DNA of 33,479 nt. It comes from a virus (Duplodnaviria > Heunggongvirae > Uroviricota > Caudoviricetes). Below the pieces are notes generated by a model. The model made no database searches, was not told the DNA's origin, and saw only the letters and a list, made by a program, of their open reading frames with translations. The stretch lies in IMG/VR virus record IMGVR_UViG_2778261246_000010; one strand, 5' to 3'. Within the stretch, counting starts at the first letter, position 1, and every line of letters begins with the position of its first letter. Positions 1-9,069 of this stretch are shown here, in pieces. A program made the translations under genes and the position numbers.

Positions 1-1248
1 ATGGCACTGAATATTCCATTCAGAAATGCGTACTATCGTTTTGCATCCAGTTACTCATTTCTCTTTTTTATTTCCTGGTCGCTGTGGTGGTCGTTATACG
101 CTATTTGGCTGAAAGGACATCTAGGGTTGACAGGGACGGAATTAGGTACACTTTATTCGGTCAACCAGTTTACCAGCATTCTATTTATGATGTTCTACGG
201 CATCGTTCAGGATAAACTCGGTCTGAAGAAACCGCTCATCTGGTGTATGAGTTTCATCCTGGTCTTGACCGGACCGTTTATGATTTACGTTTATGAACCG
301 TTACTGCAAAGCAATTTTTCTGTAGGTCTAATTCTGGGGGCGCTATTTTTTGGCTTGGGGTATCTGGCGGGATGCGGTTTGCTTGATAGCTTCACCGAAA
401 AAATGGCGCGAAATTTTCATTTCGAATATGGAACAGCGCGCGCCTGGGGATCTTTTGGCTATGCTATTGGCGCGTTCTTTGCCGGCATATTTTTTAGTAT
501 CAGTCCCCATATCAACTTCTGGTTGGTCTCGCTATTTGGCGCTGTATTTATGATGATCAACATGCGTTTTAAAGATAAGGATCACCAGTGCGTAGCGGCA
601 GATGCGGGAGGGGTAAAAAAAGAGGATTTTATCGCAGTTTTCAAGGATCGAAACTTCTGGGTTTTCGTCATATTTATTGTGGGGACGTGGTCTTTCTATA
701 ACATTTTTGATCAACAACTTTTTCCTGTCTTTTATGCAGGTTTATTCGAATCACACGATGTAGGAACGCGCCTGTATGGTTATCTCAACTCATTCCAGGT
801 GGTACTCGAAGCGCTGTGCATGGCGATTATTCCTTTCTTTGTGAATCGGGTAGGGCCAAAAAATGCATTACTTATCGGAGTTGTGATTATGGCGTTGCGT
901 ATCCTTTCCTGCGCGCTGTTCGTTAACCCCTGGATTATTTCATTAGTGAAGTTGTTACATGCCATTGAGGTTCCACTTTGTGTCATATCCGTCTTCAAAT
1001 ACAGCGTGGCAAACTTTGATAAGCGCCTGTCGTCGACGATCTTTCTGATTGGTTTTCAAATTGCCAGTTCGCTTGGGATTGTGCTGCTTTCAACGCCGAC
1101 TGGGATACTCTTTGACCACGCAGGCTACCAGACAGTTTTCTTCGCAATTTCGGGTATTGTCTGCCTGATGTTGCTATTTGGCATTTTCTTCTTGAGTAAA
1201 AAACGCGAGCAAATAGTTATGGAAACGCCTGTACCTTCAGCAATATAG
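1..1248 (+). CDS. cscB: LacY-family MFS oligosaccharide:H+ symporter, 415 aa; resembles sucrose permease CscB (symbol tentative)
   Basis: Full-length ORF with many hydrophobic segments; homologous to LacY over its length but clearly not LacY itself; 415 aa matches the length I recall for CscB. Host-like, outside the phage gene set. Confidence 0.8.
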   Translation: MALNIPFRNAYYRFASSYSFLFFISWSLWWSLYAIWLKGHLGLTGTELGTLYSVNQFTSILFMMFYGIVQDKLGLKKPLIWCMSFILVLTGPFMIYVYEPLLQSNFSVGLILGALFFGLGYLAGCGLLDSFTEKMARNFHFEYGTARAWGSFGYAIGAFFAGIFFSISPHINFWLVSLFGAVFMMINMRFKDKDHQCVAADAGGVKKEDFIAVFKDRNFWVFVIFIVGTWSFYNIFDQQLFPVFYAGLFESHDVGTRLYGYLNSFQVVLEALCMAIIPFFVNRVGPKNALLIGVVIMALRILSCALFVNPWIISLVKLLHAIEVPLCVISVFKYSVANFDKRLSSTIFLIGFQIASSLGIVLLSTPTGILFDHAGYQTVFFAISGIVCLMLLFGIFFLSKKREQIVMETPVPSAI

Positions 1249-1777
1249 ACGTAAACTTTTTCCGGTTGTTGTCGATAGCTCTATATCCCTCAACCGGAAA
1301 ATAATAATAGTAAAATGCTTAGCCCTGCTAATAATCGCCTAATCCAAACGCCTCATTCATGTTCTGGTACAGTCGCTCAAATGTACTTCAGATGCGCGGT
1401 TCGCTGATTTCCAGGACATTGTCGTCATTCAGTGACCTGTCCCGTGTATCACGGTCCTGCGAATTCATCAAGGAATGCATTGCGGAGTGAAGTATCGAGT
1501 CACGCCATATTTCGCTATCAGGATTCTGTGTGATGGTTACATCGCCCGGCCCAGGGCTGTTTAGTCATCAGCGCTTTCTGACAGTGCTGAGATTTCAACC
1601 TGTTGCAGTAAAAATGAGTAGATATAAGGCAAGTGTGCTGCCAAACCCATCTTTTACGGGGTGAAGGTAGATTTCGTTTGAAGGGTATCTGGTGTCCCCT
1701 GCAGACATCTACTTGAGGCGGCAGGGGATTGATTGGAATGGTGTTTTTTAGATGTGAAAAATATTTTACCCGCTATT

Positions 1778-1978
1778 TTACCCATTGGCGCGGCTTAAGA
1801 GCTTATTTTTGAATTCACAATGGTCACGATATAACCATCTTGCTCGTCCGTGGATAACTTTGGCTTTAGGCAGGTCGCCGGACTTAATCCGGTCATAGAT
1901 GAAGGTTTTACCAAAGCCAGTATCGGCCATGATGAATTTCAAATCAACCAGTGAATCAGGCTGTAGTTCGTGTTGCAT
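1778..1978 (-). CDS. Excisionase-like AlpA/Xis-family HTH protein
   Basis: 66-aa ORF with the AlpA/Xis pattern (TG.GK..IYDRIKSGDLPK....G.ARWL); sits at the distal end of the leftward early operon where lambdoid xis lies. Confidence 0.6.
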   Translation of the reverse strand: MQHELQPDSLVDLKFIMADTGFGKTFIYDRIKSGDLPKAKVIHGRARWLYRDHCEFKNKLLSRANG

Positions 1979-2100
1979 GAGTACTATCTCCGAATATGGA
2001 ATCGAACCTGCAAATCAGGCAATAAAAAGCCGCATTGATGCAGCAATGGTAGGTCTGGATATCTTGAGAAATGAACAGGCCTCATCGAGTGTGAGGCGGG

Positions 2101-2445
2101 TTAGTCATTGCGTAGCTCGCTGATTCTTCTGTAAGTCTCTGGTGCTTTATTCCCGTACGTCTTCATTTCAGACTTCAACAGAGCAACGAGTGAATCCCAT
2201 TCGTTGAGGATTCCTTTGAATGCCGGAACGCGCTTTGCAACCTTGTCGAATGAATCTCTGATTTCTGGAATCTGCTCAACAAGTGCAACGCATCGCCGGA
2301 AATCGGCTACGTCATGTGGAGCGCCGAAGTGATGACCATAGATATTATTTTTCAGTCCACATGCGATTGAGGCAAGAGTTGCGCTACTGATGCCGACATC
2401 GCCAGTCGATTGCCATTTCAAAACCTTCATAGCCAAATCTGACAT
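2101..2445 (-). CDS. Hypothetical exo-xis region protein (114 aa)
   Basis: ORF co-oriented with the leftward operon; no recognisable motif. Confidence 0.45.
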   Translation of the reverse strand: MSDLAMKVLKWQSTGDVGISSATLASIACGLKNNIYGHHFGAPHDVADFRRCVALVEQIPEIRDSFDKVAKRVPAFKGILNEWDSLVALLKSEMKTYGNKAPETYRRISELRND

Positions 2446-2517
2446 TTCTTGTCTCCATAAAACAAAACTCGCCGTAGCGAGTTCAGATAAAAGAAATCTC
2501 CGCGAGTGCGAGGATTG

Positions 2518-2805
2518 TTATTCATTGCCGATATTCACCTTTATAGCGAACACCTTTACCGGTTTATCGCCGAAGTGGGGATGTGTGATTGTCTTGATTT
2601 CATATCCGTCATACGGAACATCAATTCTGCGACTGAAATCGTCGCGCTTCGGATATCCCTTTGTGATAATCAGGCGGTCATATTCGCGGAACATAATTCG
2701 CTTATTCCAGTAGTCATTACACAGGCGATACTCTTCCGTTTTCTCTCCGCGAATCATTGCATCGAAGTATTCACTTTTAACAGCAAGTTGCAGGTTAGCC
2801 ATCAC
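2518..2805 (-). CDS. ASCH-domain-like protein (95 aa)
   Basis: N-terminal pattern (LAVKSEYFDAMIRGEKTEEYR) resembles the ASCH/PUA-like fold signature; start overlaps the stop of the upstream TraR-like gene. Confidence 0.45.
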   Translation of the reverse strand: MMANLQLAVKSEYFDAMIRGEKTEEYRLCNDYWNKRIMFREYDRLIITKGYPKRDDFSRRIDVPYDGYEIKTITHPHFGDKPVKVFAIKVNIGNE

Positions 2806-3023
2806 TTAATCCCCCTTTGTTTGCGGATAAGCTCCAGATCTTCCTGGCAACTTGCACAAGTCCGACAACCCTGAACGGCCAGGCGTCTTCGCTCATCTAT
2901 GGGATCGCCACACTCACAACAATGAGTGGCAGATATAGCCTGGTGGTTCAGGCGGCGCATTTTTATTGCTGTGTTGCGCTGTAATTCTTCAATTTCTGAT
3001 GCTGAATCAATGATGTCTGCCAT
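2802..3023 (-). CDS. TraR/DksA-family C4 zinc-finger protein (73 aa; lambda Orf73-like)
   Basis: Two Cys pairs (CCECGDPI...CRTCASC) in the TraR arrangement; size and position match the TraR-like gene of the lambda exo-xis region. Confidence 0.7.
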   Translation of the reverse strand: MADIIDSASEIEELQRNTAIKMRRLNHQAISATHCCECGDPIDERRRLAVQGCRTCASCQEDLELIRKQRGIK

Positions 3024-3072
3024 CTTTCATTAATCCCTGAATTGTTGGTTAATACGCTTGAGGGTGAATGCG

Positions 3073-3099
3073 AATAATAAAAAAGGAGCCTGTAGCTCC
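3073..3099 (-). terminator. Putative intrinsic terminator (leftward transcript)
   Basis: Hairpin GGAGC-ctgta-GCTCC followed on the minus strand by a T-rich tract. Confidence 0.4.
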
Positions 3100-3121
3100 C
3101 TGATGATTTTGCTTTTCATGT

Positions 3122-3337
3122 TCACCGTTCCTTAAAAACGCCGTTTAACATGCCGATTGCCAGGCTTAAATGAGTCGGTGTGAATCCCATCAGTGTTACC
3201 GTTTCGCGGTGCTTCTTCAGTACGCTACGGCAAATGTCATCGACGTTTTTATCCGGAAACTGCTGTCTGGCTTTTTTGATTTCAGAATTAGCCTGACGGG
3301 CAATGCTGCGAAGGGCGTTATTATGTTCTATTGTCAT
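3122..3337 (-). CDS. Hypothetical exo-xis region protein (71 aa)
   Basis: Internal ATG of the listed ORF with a GAGG Shine-Dalgarno upstream; begins 7 nt after the stop of the upstream 250-aa gene. Confidence 0.5.
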   Translation of the reverse strand: MTIEHNNALRSIARQANSEIKKARQQFPDKNVDDICRSVLKKHRETVTLMGFTPTHLSLAIGMLNGVFKER

Positions 3338-3344
3338 ATTGGCC

Positions 3345-4097
3345 TCACACTTCGAATGCCAGTTGATGGGTAAAGACGTCCCGTTCAGCGTTGTAATTAA
3401 GTGAACTGGCACTGTTGAATGATTCAATGCGTTCCATAAGAACTTGCGTACGGGTTTCTTTACTTGCGGGAGCATATGGCGAACCTACCCAGGATTTGTC
3501 GATGCCTATATTTCTTGCGACGTTCGTGCTGTCTGCAGACGAAAGCGGTACATGAGTAAAAATGTCTTTATTTAACATCCGTAACCCATGAATCTTGGTG
3601 ATTGGGTAGCCGTACTGATCTACAACATGACGTATAAGATCGCGTAGTTTAGCCCGACACGCTCTCGGTCGTTTTGCATCGTATTCCCCCATCGAGCCGA
3701 TGCAGACGCGGGGAAACTCATGGCACAGACGAATAAATCGCTCATCTGGTTCGTTCATGTGCCACACCGGAGCACCAATAAATTTACCGTGAGGCCATGC
3801 CGCAATCAGGGCGTCATTCTCTTCACTGGTTCCGCCGATAACATCCGGGATAACCGCGAATGAGAAACGAGGGTGATTACCCCAGCGTTCAACAAATCTG
3901 TAATATTCATTCCAGTCTACGGCCTTGTTTTTTGTCCAGAATGTGAATGCACCATTATCAAGAGCAAATGATTGGGTGACTTCGGAAGCCAGATCAATCT
4001 GAGCTGGATTAGCAAAACTGATGAATGCGTGTCTGCCTTTCCAGGCTTTCAACGCACAGGTATCGGGAGTTATTGGACCACCGTGAAAATGAATCAT
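3345..4097 (-). CDS. Hypothetical protein (250 aa), function unknown; possibly enzymatic
   Basis: Long ORF, same strand as exo; its ATG overlaps the stop of the small upstream ORF (ATGA). No lambda counterpart of this size in this position. Confidence 0.6.
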   Translation of the reverse strand: MIHFHGGPITPDTCALKAWKGRHAFISFANPAQIDLASEVTQSFALDNGAFTFWTKNKAVDWNEYYRFVERWGNHPRFSFAVIPDVIGGTSEENDALIAAWPHGKFIGAPVWHMNEPDERFIRLCHEFPRVCIGSMGEYDAKRPRACRAKLRDLIRHVVDQYGYPITKIHGLRMLNKDIFTHVPLSSADSTNVARNIGIDKSWVGSPYAPASKETRTQVLMERIESFNSASSLNYNAERDVFTHQLAFEV

Positions 4098-4252
4098 ACA
4101 CTCTCCCGTTTATTATTTATCTCCTCAGCCAGCCGCTGTGCTTTCAGGGGATTTCTGATAACAGAAAGGCCGGGAAATACCCAGCCTCGCTTTGTAATGG
4201 AGTAGACGAAAGTGATCGCGCCTACCCGGATATTATCGCGAGGATGCGTCAT
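4094..4252 (-). CDS. Small exo-proximal protein (52 aa; orf60a-like position)
   Basis: Hand-translated [55 protein letters not shown]; ATGA overlaps with the exo stop and with the next gene start. Below the ORF-track size cutoff. Confidence 0.4.
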   Translation of the reverse strand: MTHPRDNIRVGAITFVYSITKRGWVFPGLSVIRNPLKAQRLAEEINNKRESV

Positions 4253-4929
4253 CGCCATTGCTCCCCAAATACAAAACCAATTTCAGCCAGTGCCTCGTCC
4301 ATTTTTTCGATGAACTCCGGCACCATCTCGTCAAAACTCGCCATGTAATTTTCATCCCGCTCAACCACGACATAATGCAGTCCTTCACGCTTCATACGCG
4401 GGTCATAGTTGGCAAAGTACCAGGCATCTTTTCGTGTCACCCACATGCTGTACTGCACCTGGGCCATGTAAGCCGACTTTATGGCCTCGAAACCACCGAG
4501 CCGGAACTTCATGAAATCCCGGGAGGTAAACGGGCATTTCAGCTCAAGGCCATTGCCGTCACTGCATAAACCATCGGGAGAGCAGGCGGTGCGCATACTT
4601 TCGTCGCGATAGATGATCGGGGATTCAGTAACATTCACGCCGGAAGTGAATTCAAACAGAGTTCTGGCGTCGTTCTCGTACTGTTTTCCCCAGGCCAGCG
4701 CCTTAGCATTAACTTCCGGAGCCACACCGGTGCAAACCTCAGCCAGCAGGGTGTGGAAGTAGGACATTTTCATGTCAGGCCACTTCTTTCCTGAGCGGGG
4801 CTTTGCTATCACGTTGTGAACTTCTGAAGCGGTGATGACGCCGAGCCGTAATTTGTGCCACGCATCATCTCCCTGCTCGATAGCTCTCACGTCGATCCCG
4901 GTACGCTGCAGGATAATGTCCGGTGTCAT
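4249..4929 (-). CDS. exo: Lambda-type exonuclease (Red-alpha)
   Basis: 226-aa translation matches my recollection of lambda Exo almost residue for residue. Confidence 0.95.
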   Translation of the reverse strand: MTPDIILQRTGIDVRAIEQGDDAWHKLRLGVITASEVHNVIAKPRSGKKWPDMKMSYFHTLLAEVCTGVAPEVNAKALAWGKQYENDARTLFEFTSGVNVTESPIIYRDESMRTACSPDGLCSDGNGLELKCPFTSRDFMKFRLGGFEAIKSAYMAQVQYSMWVTRKDAWYFANYDPRMKREGLHYVVVERDENYMASFDEMVPEFIEKMDEALAEIGFVFGEQWR

Positions 4930-5711
4930 GCTGCCACCTTCTGTTCAGTGGCTTTTTGTTTCAGGAATCCAAGAGCTTTCACTGCTTCGTCCTGTGTCAG
5001 TTCTGACGATGCACGAATGTCGCGGCGAAATATCTGGGAACAGAGCGGCAATAAGTCGTCATCCCATGTTTTATCCAGGGCGATCAGCAGAGTGTTAATC
5101 TCCTGCATGGTTTCATCGTTAACCGGAGTGATGTCGCGTTCCGGCTGACGTTCTGCAGTGTATGCGGTATTTTCGACAATGCGCTCGGCTTCATCCTTGT
5201 CATAGATACCCGCAAATCCGAAGGCCAGACGGGCACACTGAATCATGGCTTTATGCCGTAACATCCGTTTGGGATGCGACTGCCACGGCCCCGTAATTTC
5301 TCTGCCTTCGCGGGTTTTGAATGGTTCGCGGCGGCATTCATCCATCCACTCGGTAACGCAGATCGGATGATTACGGTCCTTGCGGTAAATCCGGCATGTA
5401 CAGGATTCATTGTCCTGCTCAAAGTCCATGCCATCAAACTGCTGGTTTTCATTGATGATACGGGACCAGCCATCAACGCCCACCACCGGAACGATGCCGT
5501 TCTGCTTGTCAGGGAAGGCGTAAATTTCTTTCGTCCACGGATTAAGGCCATACTGGTTGGCGACGATCAACAATGCGATGAACTGCGCATCGCTGGCATC
5601 ACCTTTAAATGCCGTCTGGCGAAGAGTGGTGATCAGTTCCTGTGGGTCGACAGAATCCATGCCGACACGTTCAGCCAGCTTCCCTGCCAGCGTTGCGAGT
5701 GCTGTACTCAT
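4926..5711 (-). CDS. bet: Single-strand annealing recombinase Bet (Red-beta)
   Basis: 261-aa translation matches lambda Bet; ATGA overlap with exo. Confidence 0.95.
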   Translation of the reverse strand: MSTALATLAGKLAERVGMDSVDPQELITTLRQTAFKGDASDAQFIALLIVANQYGLNPWTKEIYAFPDKQNGIVPVVGVDGWSRIINENQQFDGMDFEQDNESCTCRIYRKDRNHPICVTEWMDECRREPFKTREGREITGPWQSHPKRMLRHKAMIQCARLAFGFAGIYDKDEAERIVENTAYTAERQPERDITPVNDETMQEINTLLIALDKTWDDDLLPLCSQIFRRDIRASSELTQDEAVKALGFLKQKATEQKVAA

Positions 5712-5716
5712 CCGTT

Positions 5717-6133
5717 TTATACCTCTGAATCAATATCAACCTGGTGGTGAGCAATGGTTTCAACCATGTACCGGATGTGTTCTGCCATGCGCTCCTGAAA
5801 CTCAACATCGTCATCAAACGCACGGGTAATGGCTTTTTTGCTGGCCCCGCAGCGTTGCAAATGATCGATGCAGAGTGATTCAAACAGGTGCTGGGGCAGG
5901 CCTTTTTCCATGTCGTCTGCCAGTTCTGCCTCTTTCTCTTCACGGGCGATCTGCTGGTAGTGACGCGCCCAGCTCTGAGCCTCAAGACGATCCTGAATGT
6001 AATAAGCGTTCATGGCTGAACTCCTGAAATAGATGTGAAAATATCGCCCGCGAAATGCCAGGCTGATTAGGAAAACAGGAAAGGGGGTTAGTGAATGCTT
6101 TTGCTTGATCTCAGTTTCAGCATTAATATCCAT
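5717..6133 (-). CDS. gam: Gam, RecBCD inhibitor
   Basis: 138-aa translation matches lambda Gam with a few substitutions; includes the internal MNAYYIQ start of the short form. Confidence 0.9.
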   Translation of the reverse strand: MDINAETEIKQKHSLTPFPVFLISLAFRGRYFHIYFRSSAMNAYYIQDRLEAQSWARHYQQIAREEKEAELADDMEKGLPQHLFESLCIDHLQRCGASKKAITRAFDDDVEFQERMAEHIRYMVETIAHHQVDIDSEV

Positions 6134-6231
6134 TTTTTATAAGCGTCGACGGCTTCACGAAACATCTTTTCATCGCCAATAAAAGTGGCGATAGTGAATT
6201 TAGTCTGGATAGCCATAAGTGTTTGATCCAT
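6088..6231 (-). CDS. kil: Kil, host cell-division inhibitor (47 aa)
   Basis: [47 protein letters not shown] lies inside the listed 89-aa ORF and matches lambda Kil. Confidence 0.8.
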   Translation of the reverse strand: MDQTLMAIQTKFTIATFIGDEKMFREAVDAYKKWILMLKLRSSKSIH

Positions 6232-6364
6232 TCTTTGGGACTCCTGGCTGATTAAGTATGTCGATAAGGCGTTTCCATCCGTCACGTAATTTACGGGTGA
6301 TTCGTTCAAGTAAAGATTCGGAAGGGCAGCCAGCAACAGGCCACCCTGCAATGGCATATTGCAT
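6200..6364 (-). CDS. cIII: CIII, inhibitor of FtsH (stabilises CII)
   Basis: Hand translation gives [54 protein letters not shown] (54 aa), matching lambda CIII; missing from the ORF track because under 60 aa. Confidence 0.9.
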   Translation of the reverse strand: MQYAIAGWPVAGCPSESLLERITRKLRDGWKRLIDILNQPGVPKNGSNTYGYPD

Positions 6365-6436
6365 GGTGTGCTCCTTATTTATACATAACGAAAAACGCCT
6401 CGAGTGAAGCGTTATTGGTATGCGGTAACGCAGCGC

Positions 6437-6805
6437 TCAGGCGGCTTTGATAGTCATATCATCTGAATCAAATATTCCTGATGTATCGATATCGGTAATT
6501 CTTATTCCTTCGCTACCATCCATTGGAGGCCATCCTTCCTGACCATTTCCATCATTCCAGTCGAACTCACACACAACACCATATGCATTTAAGTCGCTTG
6601 AAATTGCTATAAGCAGAGCATGTTGCGCCAGCATGATTAATACAGCATTTAATACAGAGCCGTGTTTATTTAGTCGGTATTCAGAGTCTGACCAGAAATT
6701 ATTAATCTGGTGAAGTTTTTCCTCTGTCATTACGTCATGGTCGATTTCAATTTCTATTGATGCTTTCCAGTCGTAATCAATGATGTATTTTTTGATGATT
6801 GACAT
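6437..6805 (-). CDS. ea10: Ea10-like early protein (122 aa)
   Basis: Size and position between cIII and ral match lambda ea10. Confidence 0.7.
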   Translation of the reverse strand: MSIIKKYIIDYDWKASIEIEIDHDVMTEEKLHQINNFWSDSEYRLNKHGSVLNAVLIMLAQHALLIAISSDLNAYGVVCEFDWNDGNGQEGWPPMDGSEGIRITDIDTSGIFDSDDMTIKAA

Positions 6806-6833
6806 CTGTTCATATCCTCACAGATAAAAAATC

Positions 6834-6851
6834 GCCCTCACATTAGAGGGC
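6834..6851 (-). terminator. Putative terminator between ral and ea10
   Basis: Palindrome GCCCTC-acatta-GAGGGC flanked by A/T runs on both sides. Confidence 0.45.
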
Positions 6852-6987
6852 AAAAAAGATTTCCAATAATCAGAACAAGTCGGCTCCTGTTTAATTATGA
6901 GCGACATTGCTCCGTGTATTCACTCGTTGGAATGAATGCACAGTGCAGTGTTTATTCTGTTGTTTATGCCAAAAATAAAGGCCACTA

Positions 6988-7188
6988 TCAGGCAGCTTTG
7001 TTGTTCTGTTTACCAAGTTCTCTGGCAATCATTGCCGTCGTTCGTATTGCCCATTTATCGACATATTTCCCATCTTCCATTACAGGAAACATTTCTTCAG
7101 GCTTAACCATGCATTCCGATTGCAGCTTGCATCCATTGCATCGCTTGAATTGTCCACACTATTGATTTTTATCAATAGTCGTAGTCAT
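6988..7188 (-). pseudogene. ral: ral (restriction alleviation) interrupted by an in-frame TAG at codon 10
   Basis: Minus strand reads ATG ACT ACG ACT ATT GAT AAA AAT CAA TAG TGT GGA ..., i.e. MTTTIDKNQ*CGQFKRCNGCKLQSECMVKPEEMFPVMEDGKYVDKWAIRTTAMIARELGKQNNKAA; the rest is colinear with Ral. Confidence 0.7.
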
Positions 7189-7316
7189 ACGGATAGTCCT
7201 GGTATTGTTCCATCACATCCTGAGGATGCTCTTCGAACTCTTCAAATTCTTCTTCCATATATCACCTCAAATAAGTGGTTTGCTGCCTAATTTTATTTTC
7301 TGGCGACCAACACAAG

Positions 7317-7589
7317 TCACCTTGCTGTCAGTTGTTTTGATTTCCTGTAGCCTGCCGCGTAAAGAGCTACATTTGGAAGACAAGTTGAGCCTTCATATTT
7401 TCTGGTCAACGTTGTCAGTGTTATTACTTCTGCTCTCATTGCTGGTTTGCGCTTGCATTGCAAGACCACTCGTGAGGGGGTTGGCCTGTGTAGCTTGTCG
7501 GAGCTAATCGACTCCTGACTTTGCAGATTTGCGCGACGAGCTCTACGGCGAGAAGCTGCGGTGCCTTTAAATTCTGTTTTTCTGGACAT
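7317..7589 (-). CDS. N: N-type transcription antiterminator (90 aa, non-lambda specificity)
   Basis: Begins MSRKTEFKGTAASRRRARRA with an arginine-rich motif; GGGAGGAA Shine-Dalgarno 4 nt upstream of the ATG; first gene of the leftward operon. Confidence 0.75.
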   Translation of the reverse strand: MSRKTEFKGTAASRRRARRANLQSQESISSDKLHRPTPSRVVLQCKRKPAMRAEVITLTTLTRKYEGSTCLPNVALYAAGYRKSKQLTAR

Positions 7590-7613
7590 AGATTCCTCCC
7601 GAATAAACTCTGG

Positions 7614-7665
7614 CGATGCAATCCCGAAGCTACTCCTGAGAGGGGTGCTTCGGCATTGCATCCCA
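7614..7665 (-). promoter_or_regulatory. Long hairpin in the N leader (candidate RNase III processing site)
   Basis: 16-bp near-perfect inverted repeat (gatgcaatcccgaagc / gcttcggcattgcatc) with a 16-nt spacer, between nutL and the N ribosome-binding site. Confidence 0.4.
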
Positions 7666-7687
7666 CAGCTTATGTGGTTGGGTGATC

Positions 7688-7733
7688 TGGCTTTTCAGCC
7701 ACGTAGTCGAGTGTTCGACGTTGTTTAAAGAGC
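7688..7733 (-). promoter_or_regulatory. nutL (boxA plus boxB-like hairpins)
   Basis: Minus strand reads GGCTCTTTAAA...GTCGAacacTCGAC-tacg-TGGCTGAAAAGCCA; the same architecture recurs as nutR downstream of cro. Confidence 0.6.
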
Positions 7734-7779
7734 CTGCCAGTCTGTTCCGTTTGGCTTACAGCGTCCTGCTGATGAGTTA

Positions 7780-7835
7780 ACTTTATCGAAATGATAAATT
7801 AATGGCAATAGCAAAATGATAAATTGTTTTAGTTT
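7780..7835 (-). promoter_or_regulatory. Putative OL operators / pL
   Basis: Two copies of ATGATAAAT(T) matching the operator-like motif repeated in the cI-cro intergenic region; correct position upstream of nutL and N. Confidence 0.4.
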
Positions 7836-8000
7836 TCAAATATCCTGTTGATTATTATGGTTTTTTTATTTGATTGCAGGAATTTATCAGAAGGAATAAA
7901 GAGACTTGAGGGGGATCAGAATTGCGCGTTTTAGTGAGTTGTATCTGTTTATTTTTCAACAAATACAATTGGTTATGGTGTTTTTAGGTGGGGGATCGAG

Positions 8001-8030
8001 AGGCAAAGAAAACCCGGCTCGGTGGCCGGG
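8001..8030 (-). terminator. Intrinsic terminator ending the leftward immunity transcript
   Basis: Minus-strand hairpin CCCGGC-cacc ga-GCCGGG followed by TTTTCTTTG, 14 nt after the stop of the 341-aa gene. Confidence 0.55.
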
Positions 8031-8043
8031 GTTAGATTTTCTG

Positions 8044-9069
8044 TTATGGGCGAGTGATGGTTGATGCGTTTCCGTTTTCTATTACACCTGCTCGTATCGT
8101 GTAGCTTCCCAAGATTTTTACTGTCCTGTTTTCTTTCATTGCATCAAACAGTATGGCGATCTCGTCTTTATCATCTATGAACGACGTGTCCACCGAAACA
8201 GGGAAACTGTCTTCACTAGATGGTTCGCGGCAGCTTAGGGTTATCTTTTCCGCAGTACGCTTGATTCCATCAATGACTAATTCAAGGTTTCTTTCTTCTT
8301 TTTTTGCTTTTTCGATAGGGTTCTTGATTAGTTCGTGGATTTCTTTGTTAGACAGTTCAACTGTGCTTGCGCCTGATATGACAATTTTGTCAGCATCAGA
8401 CGCGCCTTTTAATACCCCTGTATACGCTTTTGCAGTATGCTCTTGAATCCCTTCGGCGCGCTCTACTGCATCTATGCCCGCTTTAGCTCTAATCGCCTCA
8501 AGCATTCCGTCCCTTAATATCGTCATGCGCTCGTTTTCTGATTTAATCTTGGCTTCTTCGAGCTTTGTTTCTTCTTGCTTGACTTCTACTTCGGCTTTTT
8601 TCTCTAAGTATGATGTACCAACCCATGCACCGCCTATAACGGTGACAGCAAACAAGAAGCATAATGTTTTTTGGCTAGGACTCATACCGTGTGTTACCTT
8701 CTCAAAGGCTTTACCGAATGCTTCAAAAAGCTCTGTTAATGCAGCAAGTATATCAGTACAACCTTCATTAATGGTAAAGATGATCTCTGCTTCCTCTTTA
8801 TCTTTACCAGTTAACCTTTGAAGGTTGTCAGTTTTATATTTTATTAGTGTGAAAACTTTATAAATTTCAGTCTGAAATTCGCATAAACCCTGAGCTAGAG
8901 GAGATGGAAGCGTTCCGTTGTAGCGAGAAGGATCACCATAAATCTTAAAATTCACATTATTGAAGAGGTCTAACTTGATCCTGTCGATAGTGATCTCTTC
9001 GCCACCATCTAACCTTGCAAACAAAGATTCAATGTCGTCCAGACTTGAAACATTAATAATATCTTTCAT
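8044..9069 (-). CDS. 341-aa protein in the Rex position (one predicted TM helix, coiled-coil C-terminal half); candidate exclusion/abortive-infection protein
   Basis: Long ORF directly downstream of cI on the same strand; about 33-38% GC by eye on sampled lines; hydrophobic segment TLCFLFAVTVIGGAWVGTSYL; charged helical region; TATAAT-like -10 and AAGGTG Shine-Dalgarno upstream. Confidence 0.8.
   Translation of the reverse strand: MKDIINVSSLDDIESLFARLDGGEEITIDRIKLDLFNNVNFKIYGDPSRYNGTLPSPLAQGLCEFQTEIYKVFTLIKYKTDNLQRLTGKDKEEAEIIFTINEGCTDILAALTELFEAFGKAFEKVTHGMSPSQKTLCFLFAVTVIGGAWVGTSYLEKKAEVEVKQEETKLEEAKIKSENERMTILRDGMLEAIRAKAGIDAVERAEGIQEHTAKAYTGVLKGASDADKIVISGASTVELSNKEIHELIKNPIEKAKKEERNLELVIDGIKRTAEKITLSCREPSSEDSFPVSVDTSFIDDKDEIAILFDAMKENRTVKILGSYTIRAGVIENGNASTITRP

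Noticed and set aside
350-998. Small ORFs overlapping the permease gene in other frames or strand
   Set aside because: Nested within a full-length, conserved transporter ORF.
1249-1777. Possible integrase remnant or attL core
   Set aside because: Frame translations of both strands gave no recognisable integrase motifs and I could not identify an att core; left as an open question in the findings.
6914-7165. 83-aa plus-strand ORF
   Set aside because: Antisense to the ral reading frame, whose identity is clear from translation; no Shine-Dalgarno.
7205-7507. 100-aa plus-strand ORF with hydrophobic stretches overlapping N
   Set aside because: Entirely antisense to the well-supported N gene and its leader, with no ribosome-binding site; most likely an artefact, though an antisense-encoded sieB-like protein cannot be fully excluded.
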